A DNA stretch of 64,000 nt from Hyphochytrium catenoides. Its lineage: Eukaryota > Protista > Hyphochytriomycota. Shown piece by piece: positions 41,201-54,800 of the stretch. Each line of letters opens with the position of its first letter. The first letter of the stretch is position 1. The notes under the pieces are model-generated. The model was not told the origin of the DNA, did not search any database, and saw only the letters and a program-made list of their open reading frames with translations. The stretch covers positions 257,207-321,206 of the forward strand of contig FLMG01000265.1 of NCBI GenBank assembly GCA_900088475.1, in the 5' to 3' direction. The position numbers and the translations under genes are program-made.

Positions 41201-41340
41201 TGGTCCTTGTGGTGCCTTCGTTATCATAGCTCTATTGACCCACTCACCTTGTCTGTTCCTGCATATCTCGGCCATCTCCCCGGGCCATTAGCCTAGCTCC
41301 TCCCCTGCATCGCCCAACGAGGAACAACTCCTCTAGCAGC

Positions 41341-44300
41341 TTGTCGAGCACTACTAGAAGCACAGGGCAGTTATCTCCAAAGGCTGAGGCTAGAGAAGAG
41401 GAGAATGTGAAGGAACTAGCTGCCGCTTGCCGACAGGTGTGGTCCCCGTGTCAATTGGGTCTTTCTTTGCTTCTCGCCCTGGCAAAGTGTGTCCAGTCTG
41501 AGAAAGTCTCTGTCTCTCAATCTTTCTTCATCTCGATGCTTCTGTCACTTTTGCTTTCTGCCCAGACTGGCTTTTGATAACTCAGTCCTCTCTCGCTCGC
41601 TCTTTGTCCTTAACCCCCTCTATCTCGCTCTCTCGCTCTCTCGCTCTTTCTCCTTTATTTGTCTCTCTGTGTCTCTCTTGTATTCTTTCTCTCTGTCTTT
41701 TTCTTCCTTATCTCTTGTAACTCTCGCTTTCGCTCACTCGTACTTTGTGCTGTCTGTGGCTAACCTCCTTTCACTTCCCCGCTATCTCTTTGGGACGGCC
41801 TATCCAGCCTTGTCTGCTCTATGTTCTTTCTAGACAACTGCATTGTACCCATCATTCCTGACACTTCCTCTACTCTCTTCCCCTTCATCCCACCACGATC
41901 TGGAGCTAGCTCTCGGGTCTCCTTCAACTGTACAAGGAGCCAGGCCAAACGGATGAGGACGTTGCGACTGGCAAAATGCGGAAAGAAGGCTCGTCCCTGT
42001 CAGCAGCTTCTTCAGTCTCTACCGCTCGAGCCATCAACAAGTTGAGAGGAACCGTAGAGGAGAGTAGGAGACACTCAAGATTTGAGCCACACCTCTCATC
42101 AAAAGTGGGACAAGCAGACATAGAGGCAGAGCTGATTCTCATCCAAGATGATAAGAAGGTTAGAGTTCATTACCCTTTCCCCTGGTCGCCGAGTCATCTC
42201 TTCCTCTCAGCCTTGGGTACACTCTCTCTCCCTCTCTCTCTCTTCCTCCCTCTATGCTTTCTTTCTCTGCTCTCTTTCTTTCTCTAAGTCTTCCCTCCCT
42301 CTCTCAGCCTTTTTCGTTCTGCCTTTCCTTTTCTCTTTGTGCTTTGTCATGTCTCTCATGTAGATCTTTCCTCCTCTTCTACCTCAGTCCTTTGAACCTG
42401 CCCCGTCATCGTTCGCTTTACTGGCTTCGTATGTTCACGGTAACAGGGCTCGAAGCTATTGACCTAAACAGCTCACCTAACCTATCTCCTTCCCTATGTT
42501 TTGCCCGTCATCCCTATGCAGCCCGCTAAAGAGAGAGAACGGGGACTGCTGAACCTAATTCAGTGCGTGCTGGAGTCTATCCGGCAGTGTACGGAAGGGG
42601 ATGGCGAGCACAGCAATAACGACCCTTCTGTGCCACTTTCGCCTCGAGGTGAAAATGGCTCAACGACAAGGCTAGGCCAGGGCCAACTTTTTCAAAGTCT
42701 GGTCCGCCTTCTATCTATATCTGAATCCAGAAGAGCAGAGCTTGATAGAGATTTGATAGTCTCAAAGAAGGAGGTTCAGCATAGAATAGGAGAGGTGGAA
42801 AAGCTTCGAAATGAGCTGCAGATTTTCAAGGAGATCGTCAGGCAACATGGGCGGCCGGAACTCCTCCGAAGAAGAAGCGGAAGCCAGCTGAGTGACGCTG
42901 TAACCAGGACACTGCAAGAGGTAAAGCAACTGCAAGGTCCTGCTAACCTTAGTAACGAAGAAAAGCCAAAGGAGGTGCGGAGCCCGCATTCGAAGGACGC
43001 TGCAGTGCAAGAAAGTACATTATCTTCTCCAAGACAGGTGCTAGAGACATCGGACGACGAGAGGGCGCGAGATGAGGAGCCAGTTATAGCGAAGGGGAAA
43101 CCTGAAGATGAAGAAGACGGAAGCTCTGCCCTCCAGAGAGAGTTGGACAGCGTCTCAGCCACACAGGAAGTAGGGAAGGAGCACTCAAGGTCTTTTCAGC
43201 ATCAGCTGATGCAAGACAGCAAGCAGGATATTGATGGAATCGGGTTCAAAGAGTCGCCGGAACCTTTGTGTCTTTCCTCCTCTTCCAGCTCTGACGGAGT
43301 CAAGACTGTCTTGACCTCGACAACGTCGTCAGCTCTCGTTGTTCCTGATTCTCTCTCGTCTCGGGAGATTCCATCCGAGTCGTCCATTCAAGGAGATGAT
43401 CTGCTAGCAACTCTAAGCGTAGAGCTCTCCATTGTGAAGTCTAAGCTGAGAGAGTCTATGGGCGAGCAGGCCTTCTTCCTCTTTATGACCGATGTGGCAC
43501 GGAACCAGGGAAGTGAGGCTCAAGAGCTGTACGAGAGAGAAAGGAGGAAGCGCGTAGATTTAGAGAATGGCCTCCTCTCTCTGAGAAAACGAAAGGAGGT
43601 CCAAGATAGAGAGCTTCAGAACCTTAGAGAGAACTTTGACAGGTACAGCAAATAATCTGGGCAGATCGGTGGCTCTCAGACATACTTCTACCATCTTCCC
43701 TGCTAAACATCTATCGTTGCTTCTTCCTCTATCTATGTCCTGCTGACTGCGCTCTCTGTCTCGCGTTTCTCACTGCTGTTTCCGCTGAACCACGGGGTTA
43801 TTAGCACTCGGCAAAATGATCTCAAGCTCCTGCGCCAGGAGGTGGAGACGCTGTCACAAGCCCTTTCATCTGCAAGAGAAGAATCAGCTCTCCTCCAGCA
43901 GATCCTCAGTCTCTCGGAAGCCAGAAGAGATAGAGAACTAGGGAGAATCTCGCAACAACTAAGAGAAATGAGAGCGGAGAGTGAAAGGAGGGAATCGGAT
44001 CTAAAACGGACGGTAAGAGAAGACGAGCGGCCTAAGATCGAGCGAGGCAAAGAGGATCATGGACAGAGAAGACGCCAAGCGAGAGTTGAGCTCTAAGCTC
44101 GCCCGTAGTGAACCGTGTTAGGGATATTAGATAGAGAAAGAAGCCACAGGGCCTCGTCTTCATCGTAGCGCTGCGCACAATGCTTGCTTCCGCATAAGGG
44201 CATTCTTCTTCGTTTCTCCTTCTCTTTCTTCCTTTTCGTTCTGACCCTTTCCGCTTCTCCATGTTCTGCTTCCTTATCCAGTTGGAAGAAAAGCAAATGC

Positions 44301-46550
44301 TGAAGTTAGCTTTGGACAGCTTGCAGAAAGAGGTTGAAACGCAGAAGGCACTTTTGAGTGGTGCAGTCTGCGCTCAAGAACAGCGTGAGGAGGACGAGAA
44401 GAGGCATCGAAGAGTCAAAGAAGAGGCAGAGACTCTGAGAGCGGAGCTCTGCAAAAGCCAAGGAGAGAAGCTGTCCTTTCTATCGGAGAAGAGAAGTACG
44501 GCTACCTCCTCTTAGCTATTCATTTGTCCTTCTAGATCACGACGCTTCCCGCTCTTCCTCTAGCCTTGACGGTCCCACTGCCTCAGAAAACTAACTCTAC
44601 CTCCGCTGATGGACTTAAGTTCACGTTCTTCCTGTTAATCACTGCTGCAGTATAGAATCTGTTACCCTTGGACTTTGCGTGGTCTCAGTCATACCTCTCT
44701 TTTCCCTCTCTTTTCCCTCTCCTCATAATTTTGCTACAAGTTAGCACCTTGACTTCCCTATTTGGCTCTTGATGTTCTCTTTTCTAAAAGTTACGTCGAT
44801 TTCATCAGGTCTTCAGCAGCAGCTAGATGTCATCAGAAGAGAGAACGAAGCGCTATCTTGCTCTCTCAAAGAGAAAAGCAAGGCTTTGGAGAGAGAGGCA
44901 GAGCAGAGCGCGTCGCTTATGCACAAGCTCTCATTCTTTGAGTTAACTTTGAATGAACTCTCGAAGTATAAAGAGAAGGCAGCGCACTTTCAGCAGGCCC
45001 TCGCGCAGGAGGAAGGAGAAAGACTGAAGCGAGAGAAAGAGAGAGAGGTAAAACCTTTTCCACTGTTCTAGTACATTGTATTTCCTCTCTTGCGTAGGTA
45101 TTTGTCTGGTCCTCTCTTTTGTACGGACCTTCCCGTTTGTCTGTGGCTCACGGTGAGCACCGCGGCGCTGACTTGTATGTGCTTTAGGAAAGAGAAAGGG
45201 ATAAAAAGATTGAGGTAGAAACAACTCTTGCCAAGCTCCAGCAAGGTAATGATGACCTGCAAGCAAAGGTTCATAACCTTCAGACGACGATAGCTCAGCT
45301 GGAATGCGAAGGCTTATTACACAGCAAGAAGGAGCAAGAAAGGGAAAGTGAACAGTTGATGCGAGAGCAACAAGAAAGAAGGAAGAGAGAAACAATAGAA
45401 GCGGAGCTAAGAGACGCGAATGCCGCCCGGGAGGAGACAGAAAAGCAGCTACGGGAGAAGACACACTGCCTCTTAGACAGAGAAGAGGAAGTGTGGCGGC
45501 TTAGAGAAAAGAATGCTAGATTGGAGCGGGTGGCAATCGCTAACGATGATGCACTGCAGAACCTTAAGCAGGTATGTCAGAGAGTACCATGTGCCGAGAT
45601 GTGAAAGGTTCAACCCTTCAGTCCTCAATGATTCACTTGCTTCATCAGTGGGTCTCTTTCGGCGGTCCTTGAATGCCTTTTCTATTTCACGGCGCAAATT
45701 ATAATGATCGCTCTCATCCTAACATATTTGGCTGGGTCTACCATGTAGATGCAGGAGCAGAAAGCTGAGCTGGAGCTACAGAAGAAGTACTTGGCGGAGG
45801 TTACCAGCATGATGAATTCCCGGCTCAAGTTGCAGCTCGAGCTTCTTGACCTATGTCCAGATAAAGAGCGGGAACGGGGCGGCTGGGCTGCGGGAGGATT
45901 GAGTGCCGGACCTCCCCCACGCCCAATGCGGAGAGTGGGACAGACAGATGAGGAGTGGAGGCGAACAGAGGCGCGATGGCAATCCCTGCAGGTAAGCATA
46001 CCCCTTCCCGTCCGACTGTCCTCTCCCAGTATAGATGATTGTTCGGCTGTCCATATGGGTCATGCTCGCTGTATGCGCCTCCATTATGTCTTCTTCTGCT
46101 CTTCCTCCTGTCAGACGTTGATAGCTCCTTAACTCTGCTGCCAACCTTGTGCGGCTGTTAGGCTGAGATCAGCGAAAAGAACCAGAACCTTGTCGCTATG
46201 AGCAGGAAGCTCAACGGACCGCTGACTTCCTCTACACCTCAAGGTAAGAGCTAAAGTTAAGCCTCTCCTACTATCTATCCCAGCTGCTAGCTATGTGAGC
46301 TCTCATGCTCACAGATTGCGGCTTGCTTCGTCCAGTCCCTGAAGAAGAACAGATGGAGCACCAGGGTGGTACAAAATGGGAGGAGAAGGAGACAGAGAAG
46401 CAGGAGCAAGATACCTATTGTACAGCTTTACGTCAAGAGATGTCTGCCATGCGTGATAGCTACGAAAAGAGACTGCAGAGTTATGAGGAGGAACTACGAG
46501 TTTGCAGACAGACCATTGCGGATCTTAAAAAAATGGCCGCGGTGCGGTAG
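41341..46550 (+). CDS. Large multi-exon coiled-coil protein of unknown function (5' end unresolved)
   Basis: A series of E/K/R/Q/L-rich heptad exons (e.g. 42522-43641, 43806-44012, 44282-44496, 45358-45571, 45749-45991, terminal exon ending ..LKKMAAVR*), separated by CT-rich GT-AG introns. Confidence 0.75.
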
Positions 46551-46798
46551 GCCCAAGCTGCTTGGCCAAAGGTCTCATAAATAATAGCTATTACACATTA
46601 GCAAAGGTTGGAACCCGGCAGGTCTGAGGATATGGCAGGTCCGGGCTAGTATAATGAGACGCTGTAAAGATTCCCGAAGCAGCCTAAAAGCTCCAGAGTT
46701 AAAGCAGCACAACTAACTAAGGTCACTATGTACACTAAGGGCACAGAAGAATGAGTGGCCCATCTGAGACGAGAAACTATTGAAGACTAAGGAGATCG

Positions 46799-49773
46799 TT
46801 ATCCTTCAATCTCTTTCCGGATAGTTTCGTTGAACTGCTTCAGCCCAACCAATACGTCTTTCCATTGTTGCTAGAAAGATTGAGGAGAAGGTGGTTGAGC
46901 CAAAATGTTAGTTGTCCTGACTTGAGCAAAAAGACTCACCAGCTGTATCCTCCCCTTCTCGCTATCCGCGGGAACGGTTTGCTCTTCAGCTTTCCTAAGA
47001 TCTTTGAGTGGCCCCATCGAATTTACTAAAGCAAGAAAGTCTCCGAGTCCCGTTAGGTCGCCTCTGTCAGGAAGCCCGATTGAGCTGAAAGACTCGACAG
47101 CAAATGGCAGAGCCTAGCAATAAGGGTTAGAGGGGGCGCGGAGCGCAAAGCAGACTAGTCAGTCGAAGAGCACACCTCTTCCTCGAGGTCAAGCTGAGCG
47201 CGATTTTCCTTTCTCCAGCTTGCGGGTTCACTCTGACTTGGGCTCATCCAGAATGGCTTGGGCAGATCTGTGGCAAAGGTCGGAGGCATTGGGTCACGCA
47301 TAGGAAAGCAGGAAGCATCGCATAGAGGTAGTTTTAAGACTCCAAAGTCAATGCAAATAGGCTTCATCAAATCGTGAACCGCTATTTACCTTCTCGATGC
47401 GATAGGGTGGCCCTATAAGAGCTGCTAGAGAGGGAGGTGCTCCTATCAGAACGAGTGGAGCCAATTCCAAATACACTTTGGAAGGACGCAGGGTTTGGCA
47501 CGGGGCCTTGGCCTGGAGAGGTCTCCAAGGAAGGACGCGGGGATGGCGAGTAGATGAGGTTGCTCGACTGCGAAGTAAAAGGTGGTGAAGAGCCTAGTAC
47601 GGTAGGACCATTGAGTGAAAGAGGAGAGGGATGGGTTTGCGCTATGCTTGGCGAACACGAGAATGGTGGAGTCTGCTGAACAACAGGAGGAGAAGACCCG
47701 ATGGGGATGGCTCTTGTGTGTGTAGAAGGGCTATTTGTCCTCTGGGTTTCATCCAATTGTGCTCCGTTCAATACATCAGTGACCTTCCCTGTAGCCCTGT
47801 TTTGAGCGTCATCAGAAGTGGAAGCACCGTCCTCTAGGTATAGAGGTTCAGGGGATTCCGGAAAACTTCGAGGGAGGGGAGCTGAAGTTCTCTTAGGAAG
47901 AGAGCTCCCTCGGGGATGCAATGGGGGTGAGCGCATCAGAGACCTCTCTGAGCCCAGCGATCCGGCTTCAAATTTAGGATAGCTTTCTCCTCCACCAGGA
48001 TGCGCTGCGTGATTAGTATAACCGAAAGGGTTTGCAAGAGGCGTGTTGTTCCAAAGCCCAGGAGATCTGGATAAGGGGTCATGGGATTTGACATCAAGAC
48101 TTTTAGCATGGATCCTGCTATCGCTGTGTCTAGGAGCCAAGTTGCCCGCTGAAAGCCTAAATTGCACTCGAGTCGCGTCGTCAGCAGAAGTAGAGGGCTG
48201 TCTGCCCAAAGTCGGTATCGGCAGCTCATTGTGAACGCCCGATGGCGCAGATTTGGGGATTTCCATAGGACTTGACCGATTGCTGTACGTCTCCAGGGAT
48301 GGGCTTGTGCCTAGGCGAGGATGCTCACGGTAACCTAATCCTTGACCTTCATCATAACGCCCTGGCAATGCAGAATCTTCCGCTTTGTTGCTGACAGAGG
48401 TGTGGCTTCTACCTTCTCCATCATCTTCGTGGCTTGATGGGGAGACCCTCGATGGTACATAGTCTTGAATAATGACGTTGGTAGAGATGAGTGGGTACTG
48501 AGGCTGCACCTCAAATGAGCAATCTCTTCTGTATTGACATACGAAGACAAGATTGCCATATGGTGCTTCGATGATAGGAAAACCATAGGAGGAGACAGCA
48601 ACGTCGGAGCTAAAGCTCAGCTGAGAGACGTTTTGAATTCGCCCAGCGGCTGCTGTACCGGCAGTTGGTGGGCCGTTATCTCCCGCAGCGTAGAGAGCAT
48701 AACCCATACAACCTGCCGAGGGCGTCCCCTGCGAGCTGCGAAAGAGGCGATAGGCAGGTAGCGTTCTTGCAAATGTGAAAGCTACCCGTAACATGACCCC
48801 TATTCTTTTGCAGACCTATTGAATGTACGATCGATGAAAAAGCAAGCGTCAGCGCCAAAAGGCCAAACCATAGCATAGCAGAGTGGTGACAGTATTGACG
48901 AGTAGTAGTAAAGAGAGAGAGCTTGAAAACCATCATGAGACGGACTTATGGCGGAGGAAGGAATCAAATTTTTAGAGGCAAGAGCTAGCACAAACGGGAT
49001 ATGATCTCAACCTGTCGAAGCTGCGCGATGACTTTATCTGGGTTGGAAGGCTCCCGCTGATTTCTAAACTGTATTACCCAACGCTCCAACAGAATCTATT
49101 GACAAGGTACAGTTAGAGAACGAGTCTCTTTGGCTTTGAGAGTCAGGATGCTGCGAGCCTGACTAGCGTTCCGATAGAGAGAGAAAGAGCATATATCTCA
49201 GACCATTCATTGTCTGGTAGGCGGCTCAGTGATTTCCACCAAGTCGATGGCGTGCCTTACCGGTCGGCGAGTATCCTTCTTACTCCCATGTGAGCCATTG
49301 TAGTTCTTGGCACTACTCGGATCCCAGAACACGTCCAGGCAAAGAGGAGTATGGACGTCGCTCTTCCATCTTGACATTTTTCGGCGGATATAGTCGATCT
49401 CATCTATATCAAGATTGAACTGCATAAGGGTAAGAAAGAAATTAGGCGAGGCCCTGGAATAACTTTAACCTTGAATGCAGATCCTGTTATGGAGATACAA
49501 TGTCCATCAAAGATCACTTCTTGAGTGTGATCAAGCAACCTCAGCCGTGCAGAGATCGCATAGATGTACAGAGTAACGTACCCGCGCACGCCTTTGTCGG
49601 CTCTCAATGTCAGGCTGAAAGTTAACCCTTGCCTGTGTAACCACCTCCACTATCTTGAACAAGCATTCCACCACAACCTGCTCCGTCTTTGTTCTTCCGG
49701 AGGCCGGATCCTTACCACTAACGCTTACGAAGGAGGAAGAACTAGCTCTCCGATGGGTTCCTGTGTAGGACAT
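46799..49773 (-). CDS. ATG13: Autophagy-related protein 13 (N-terminal HORMA domain, Ser/Pro-rich disordered tail)
   Basis: 'KTEQVVVECLFKIVEVVTQARV', 'FNLDIDE', 'PLCLDVF', 'ILLERWVIQF', 'KRIGVMLRVAFTFARTLPAYRLFR', 'PYGNL..CQYRRDCSF'. The long S/P-rich region is followed by 'LPFA' and a C-terminal helix. Confidence 0.85.
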
Positions 49774-51829
49774 GATGGGCCCTGTCAAATCACCAAATCT
49801 ACGTTGCCTGACCAGCAGCCAATATGATGCTATGCTACTGATATGTGAGCTGTTGCCTCAGCCCATGTAGACCTTTGATCTGAAGCTTCTGGAATACCAA
49901 ACTTCTAACCTCCTGGCCCTAAATTCTTAGTGAGTACCATAGAATCTACGACTTCACTGCAAGCTCATCGATCAGCTTATCTTCCATCGGGGCCCTTTCT
50001 ACGACTTTTGCGAATTTCAGAGCTTCATCTGCACATGTCTGCATGTCCACAGTGTTTTATTGTTGAAGAGCGGCGACTAGAGAATGATTTCCAACAAAGA
50101 ATGATTTTCGCCAGTTTGTGACTCCATTTTCGCCGCAAATAATTTTCGGCCCCAGCATCCGCACTTTAGAGCGCACATATGCGCATTTATCTCCTAGGCA
50201 GTGACAAAAGCAATCATTCCTGAGGATATGCCGCTAAAGCATGGGACTCTCTGTGTTGCTGATGCGTATTACCCAAACATTCGCCAGTGAAAGCCTGGAC
50301 TGGCAGATAACAAGAAACTTGTAACGCCTGGTCTAATTCTGAATACCGCAGCTCTTTCACACCTACAGTGGCTCACTCAATTGGGATTCCCAAGGGTTAT
50401 TCCGAATGAGATGATTATGACCTACACTTCCTACCCTAATCTTACAGGTGCGCACTAGGCGTTGAGACCAATCCTTACCCACCCATCCTTGTTGACAAAC
50501 ACAACGGGCTTGTCCCCCTAAGAGTTTTCTTTAGGTTCTATTCCAGCTCCAGCCTGCCTGACAACCCAAGGGGAGGGCCCATAATACCAAGGTTTAGTTA
50601 GATTCTGGGGCAATTTTTGGGCGGATCCTTGGCATCCTCTCTCCTTCAACATGAGATGTGACCTCTCATCAACTCTAGAGCATGGCTTCTCGGGAAGAAT
50701 GTGAGTGAGCGATGGAAGCAGTTGATGCTGGCGAGGAAGAGTGCAAGCCAGAGCCCCCGTGACTTGTGATAATAAGCCCGAGTTTCACTCCGGAGAGATA
50801 TAAGTAGAGTGCCCCTAAAATGATCCTGATGTCGTTTCGTGAAGGGAAAGAGAGCCAACAGGAGCCCCCGAAGATTGGAAGGAGTAGCAGCTGAGCCGCA
50901 GGGCAGGGCCAGGCAAGGCTCAGGGGCGGGGCAGGGAGAGGAAGAGGCGAGTCAAGCAGCTCCACTTGCAGGACAAGAGGGAAGAGGTTGGGATGACCAC
51001 CAGCAGCCAGACCACGGCAGGGAGGAAGAGGAAGCACGAAGGAAAGACCGAGGAAGGAGAGAGAGAGAGAGAGAGGAAGAGAGAGAGAGAGAGAGGTGAG
51101 TGTGTGTGAGCGAGAGAAAGACGCCTAATAGCGAGGAGAATGGTATGAAGAAGACGGTTGAAGGGTGAGTGTGAGCTAAGCCAGGTTCGTTCTTCTTCTA
51201 TTCTTTCCTGTCGTGCTCCTCGCCTGCCCGTGGGACTGCGGTAGCCTTCCTCCTCCATCAGCCGCGCGATTGGAGCCATCGGTCCATGTGTTCCTGCGCA
51301 ACCGATTGATCGCCGCCACCTGTAGAAGTGGTGTTCTCTCTCTCGGTGTATTCTCCCTCTTCTTCACTTATCGGGAGCCCCTGCATCCTTCTATATCTCT
51401 CCTTTTACCTCGCACAAGTTGTGAGACTTATTGTTTGACTGGCAAGTAACGCATCTCGCTCATCTTCTCCCTCCTGTTGTCTACCTTCTTCTCCCGTCAT
51501 GAGTATATCGGTGGTCTAATCCCAAACTAGAGATCTTCGAGACATCCACAACCCCTTGATCGACGAGGACATCCTGCCGTGACAGCCTCTCTGTGCCTCT
51601 ACTTCCAAGAGGGACTGGCCTATCTGTCAGCGTGCTACCCTATCTGTCTTTCGGTCTTCTCCCGGCGGAGGTCTTGTTTACATTCATGTACCACAGATCA
51701 TCTACAGATCTTTCTACCTTTCCGCGCCGTTCCTCTAATGTTATCTAGAGGTTGGAAGAGCACCTTCGGAACTCCAATCGGCAACCTCAGAGAGCAACGA
51801 CCGCCAACCAAATCCAGCAGAACGGAAGA

Positions 51830-54800
51830 ATGACTTACCTTTCTCCAGTGGCTCCTCGGACGGTAAGGCATTGTCTCGTCCTCTTCAGTAGGACAGGTTC
51901 TTCCTCTCTCATGTTTTCAGACCAGATTGCTCTTCACAAGTCCTGCTCAACATTAATAGTTGACCACCATTTTTGGAGTGGCTGATCGTAGTGTTGTCCT
52001 TTGTACTTCAGCCGCCGAGGACGCTTAGAGAAGCTCTGCTTGACAGCTCTTCGAGGGTCCGTTGTCAGTCGGTGAGCTACTTCTTCTACCAGATTTATCT
52101 TTGAGGCCTCTGTATCTTAGCTGCCAGTATTCCTCCTTCTCCCCTAAACAAACCGCCGTCCTGTCACCTGGTGTCCTTCTACCTTCACTAAGTATGTCTA
52201 CCAGACAGTCAGTCCTGCTGTTGGCTCATTACCTAAGCTCTCTTCTAGCCGTCTTCCATCTATGCAGAGGCGAAGGATCATCTTTCATCCCCTCGTCGGG
52301 AGCGCCAGGTGTCCGGTCGTAACATCAAGAACACGTTACGGCTGACCGCGATGGAGCCAAACCATACAGGGGCCGACAATAATAACGAGTATCGTGTTCG
52401 ATTGCATCCAAGACCCGTCCAGGTCGTGCTGGGTCACCCTGAAGGGCTCAAAGGAAGAGACAAATACCGTCAGGCGACTCCAGGTGAAGAGACAGAGTAA
52501 CAGTGCAATTAGCTCCTCTTGCTCTTCTGGTAACCTTGCTCCCTAAAATGAAGGTTTTGCTTCGTCTTTCCTTGCCCGCTAGAGTGGCATGTAAGCACTC
52601 TTTCTGGCCACCGTCGAGTTGGTTCACGTTTTTGTCCAATTTTCTGAGATTCAAAGCGCTTGATTTTGCTTCGGTTCCCAGTCTAACCTGCTTTTCCAAG
52701 CAGAAGCAGAGGAAAACAACTTGTTCTACCCTGGAAGGAAGGTGCGATCACCCGCACTTAAGTCTCACTCGGTCTCTGACGCGCCAGAAGTAACAAGAGA
52801 GCATTTCTCTCTTGACCTCACTCCTAAGCCTCTGTCCCTCGTCAAAAGTCTGTCAACGCCTGACTATGGAGCGAAAATGGTTGAGGAAAGACCTCCAACC
52901 AGGGAAGGTGGGGGAGACGTGAGAGCGCAACTGGAAAGGCTAAGTCTCGAGAAGGGAGCCGGAGGAAGAATAGGCTCCTCATTTCCTATCTCGTTAGAGG
53001 CACAAAGTGGGCTCAACTCGTTCAAGAAGCCTGAAACTGTTCGCTCCCATTCAGTGGGATCCACCTCGGTCTCAGTAAGGCCGATCTCCATCCAGGACTA
53101 CGAGCAGGACACGCTTCCCATTTCTCCAGCCTCTTCACCGACGGGTACGGAGAAAGACAATCAGGCAGGGGACAAACGAAGAGATAGAACAGTAGCCAAT
53201 TCGGAACCTAGGGCTGAAGCTGAAGGAGTGGGACCCGGAAGAAGAGACTACCCAAATCGCAGGCTGCCTAGCCAGAGGGTTCGCTTGGATGATGTGCGAC
53301 AGCCTTCGAAAAGGTAAGTGCGTGAACTGCGATTAAACTTGTTCATTGCCTAGACGCGCTCGGTACAGATAGCGTATATTGTCTTTGTATCTTGATTGTT
53401 GTTCTCACATCACCTCCTTGTCTAGGGTGTCCTTTGCCTGTACAGCTTAATCCCCTTATGTGCCAGGCAGTAGTAGGGGCTAACTTATCGTTTATTATGT
53501 CTCAGCCCTCTCACCTTGCAACTGGACAGCCCGTCGGATCAACCTGGCACAAGCATATCGCAGCACCATTCAAATGGTGGGCGAGTGCCTTCCTGGACTG
53601 CCGAGGTGACAAGCGTTAGGACCCCGGTCGAGATCAGCCACAGACGAGGGAGATCTGGTTTAAGGCTCCAAGGGGTAAGAGGGACCTCTTTGACGCCGGA
53701 CCGGGACCCTCTTCTCCCCGACAATCAGGAGGAAGAGCTCCCACGTGCCTCCTCCTTCTCGTCGCCTTCGACATCATCTCTCTCTTTAGCCTCGTTGGCA
53801 TCAAAAGAACCTCGAAGTCCTTCTAGAGGCAAAAGGGAAGCCTGGGTACAAGATAAAGCTGAAAACCCAACCATAGCAAGGATCCGTCTAATGAAGAACC
53901 AGAGAAGCAACAGTTTGGATTCAGGGTCCCCTGCAAAGCAGCAGAAGAGTCAACTTAAGTCGTCTGGTTCTTTTGGCTCTGTGAGGAGTGAGGAAAGAGA
54001 GAGCATTAGCGGAGGTAGCGATGGAGGAAGACACCAGTTCCCACTCTGGAAAAATAAGAGATTAGCAGACTCTCTCTGCCTTTCTGATGGTAGCGCATTA
54101 AGCAACCAAGTCGAACCGAGTACCAGAGCAGGTTTGCACATGGGAGAAAGAAAAGACCAAGAGGGAGATGAGCCAGCCGTGTCCGCCCTAAGCGGGGAAG
54201 GCAGGGATAAGAAGGTGAGGTGAATTCCCCGACGTCTGTTCATGCTGATGGTGCTAACATCCATCCTTCATGATACCTCTAGGGTTCAGCTGGCGAATGG
54301 CTTACCGATAAGAGGCAAAACTCTTTTTTCTCGTCTTCTGCCGGGGATGTTGAATGTCCACAAGAGAACAACAATCGCTCTCTGGCCTCTGCTTTGCAGC
54401 TAGCTGCGACTGAGACCTGCCGAAGCTTCCGGTGGAAGAAGGGAGAGTTAATCGGGCAAGGAACGTATGGAAAGGTACTGAGAAGATAGCTACTAAGTCT
54501 CTTCTGGTCTCTTCTAGCTCAACTATATATCGTCAAAGCTCAGTCTTCGCTGCTGTATGCGTTCACCATAACGCTCTCATCGCCGTCGTTGACGAAAGAG
54601 AGTATTATCTTCTCTTTGTCCCTTCCCTGTTGCAGACGCAATGGGCGCCTCGTTTCTTCTTCTTACTCTTCTCGATGCTGCTTGCAATAGGTCTACAAGG
54701 GCTTAAATGAGGAAACAGGCCGTCTCTTTGCCGTCAAGCAGATTGAGCTGTCGCTGTGCTCTCAGGCCCAGAAGCAGCAGATTCGGACAATTCAGCAGGA

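Noticed and set aside
40482-41275. Minus-strand ORFs 40482-40754 and 40955-41275 as a gene
   Set aside because: Pyrimidine-tract polarity favours plus-strand transcription, there are no motifs, and they are likely shadow ORFs.
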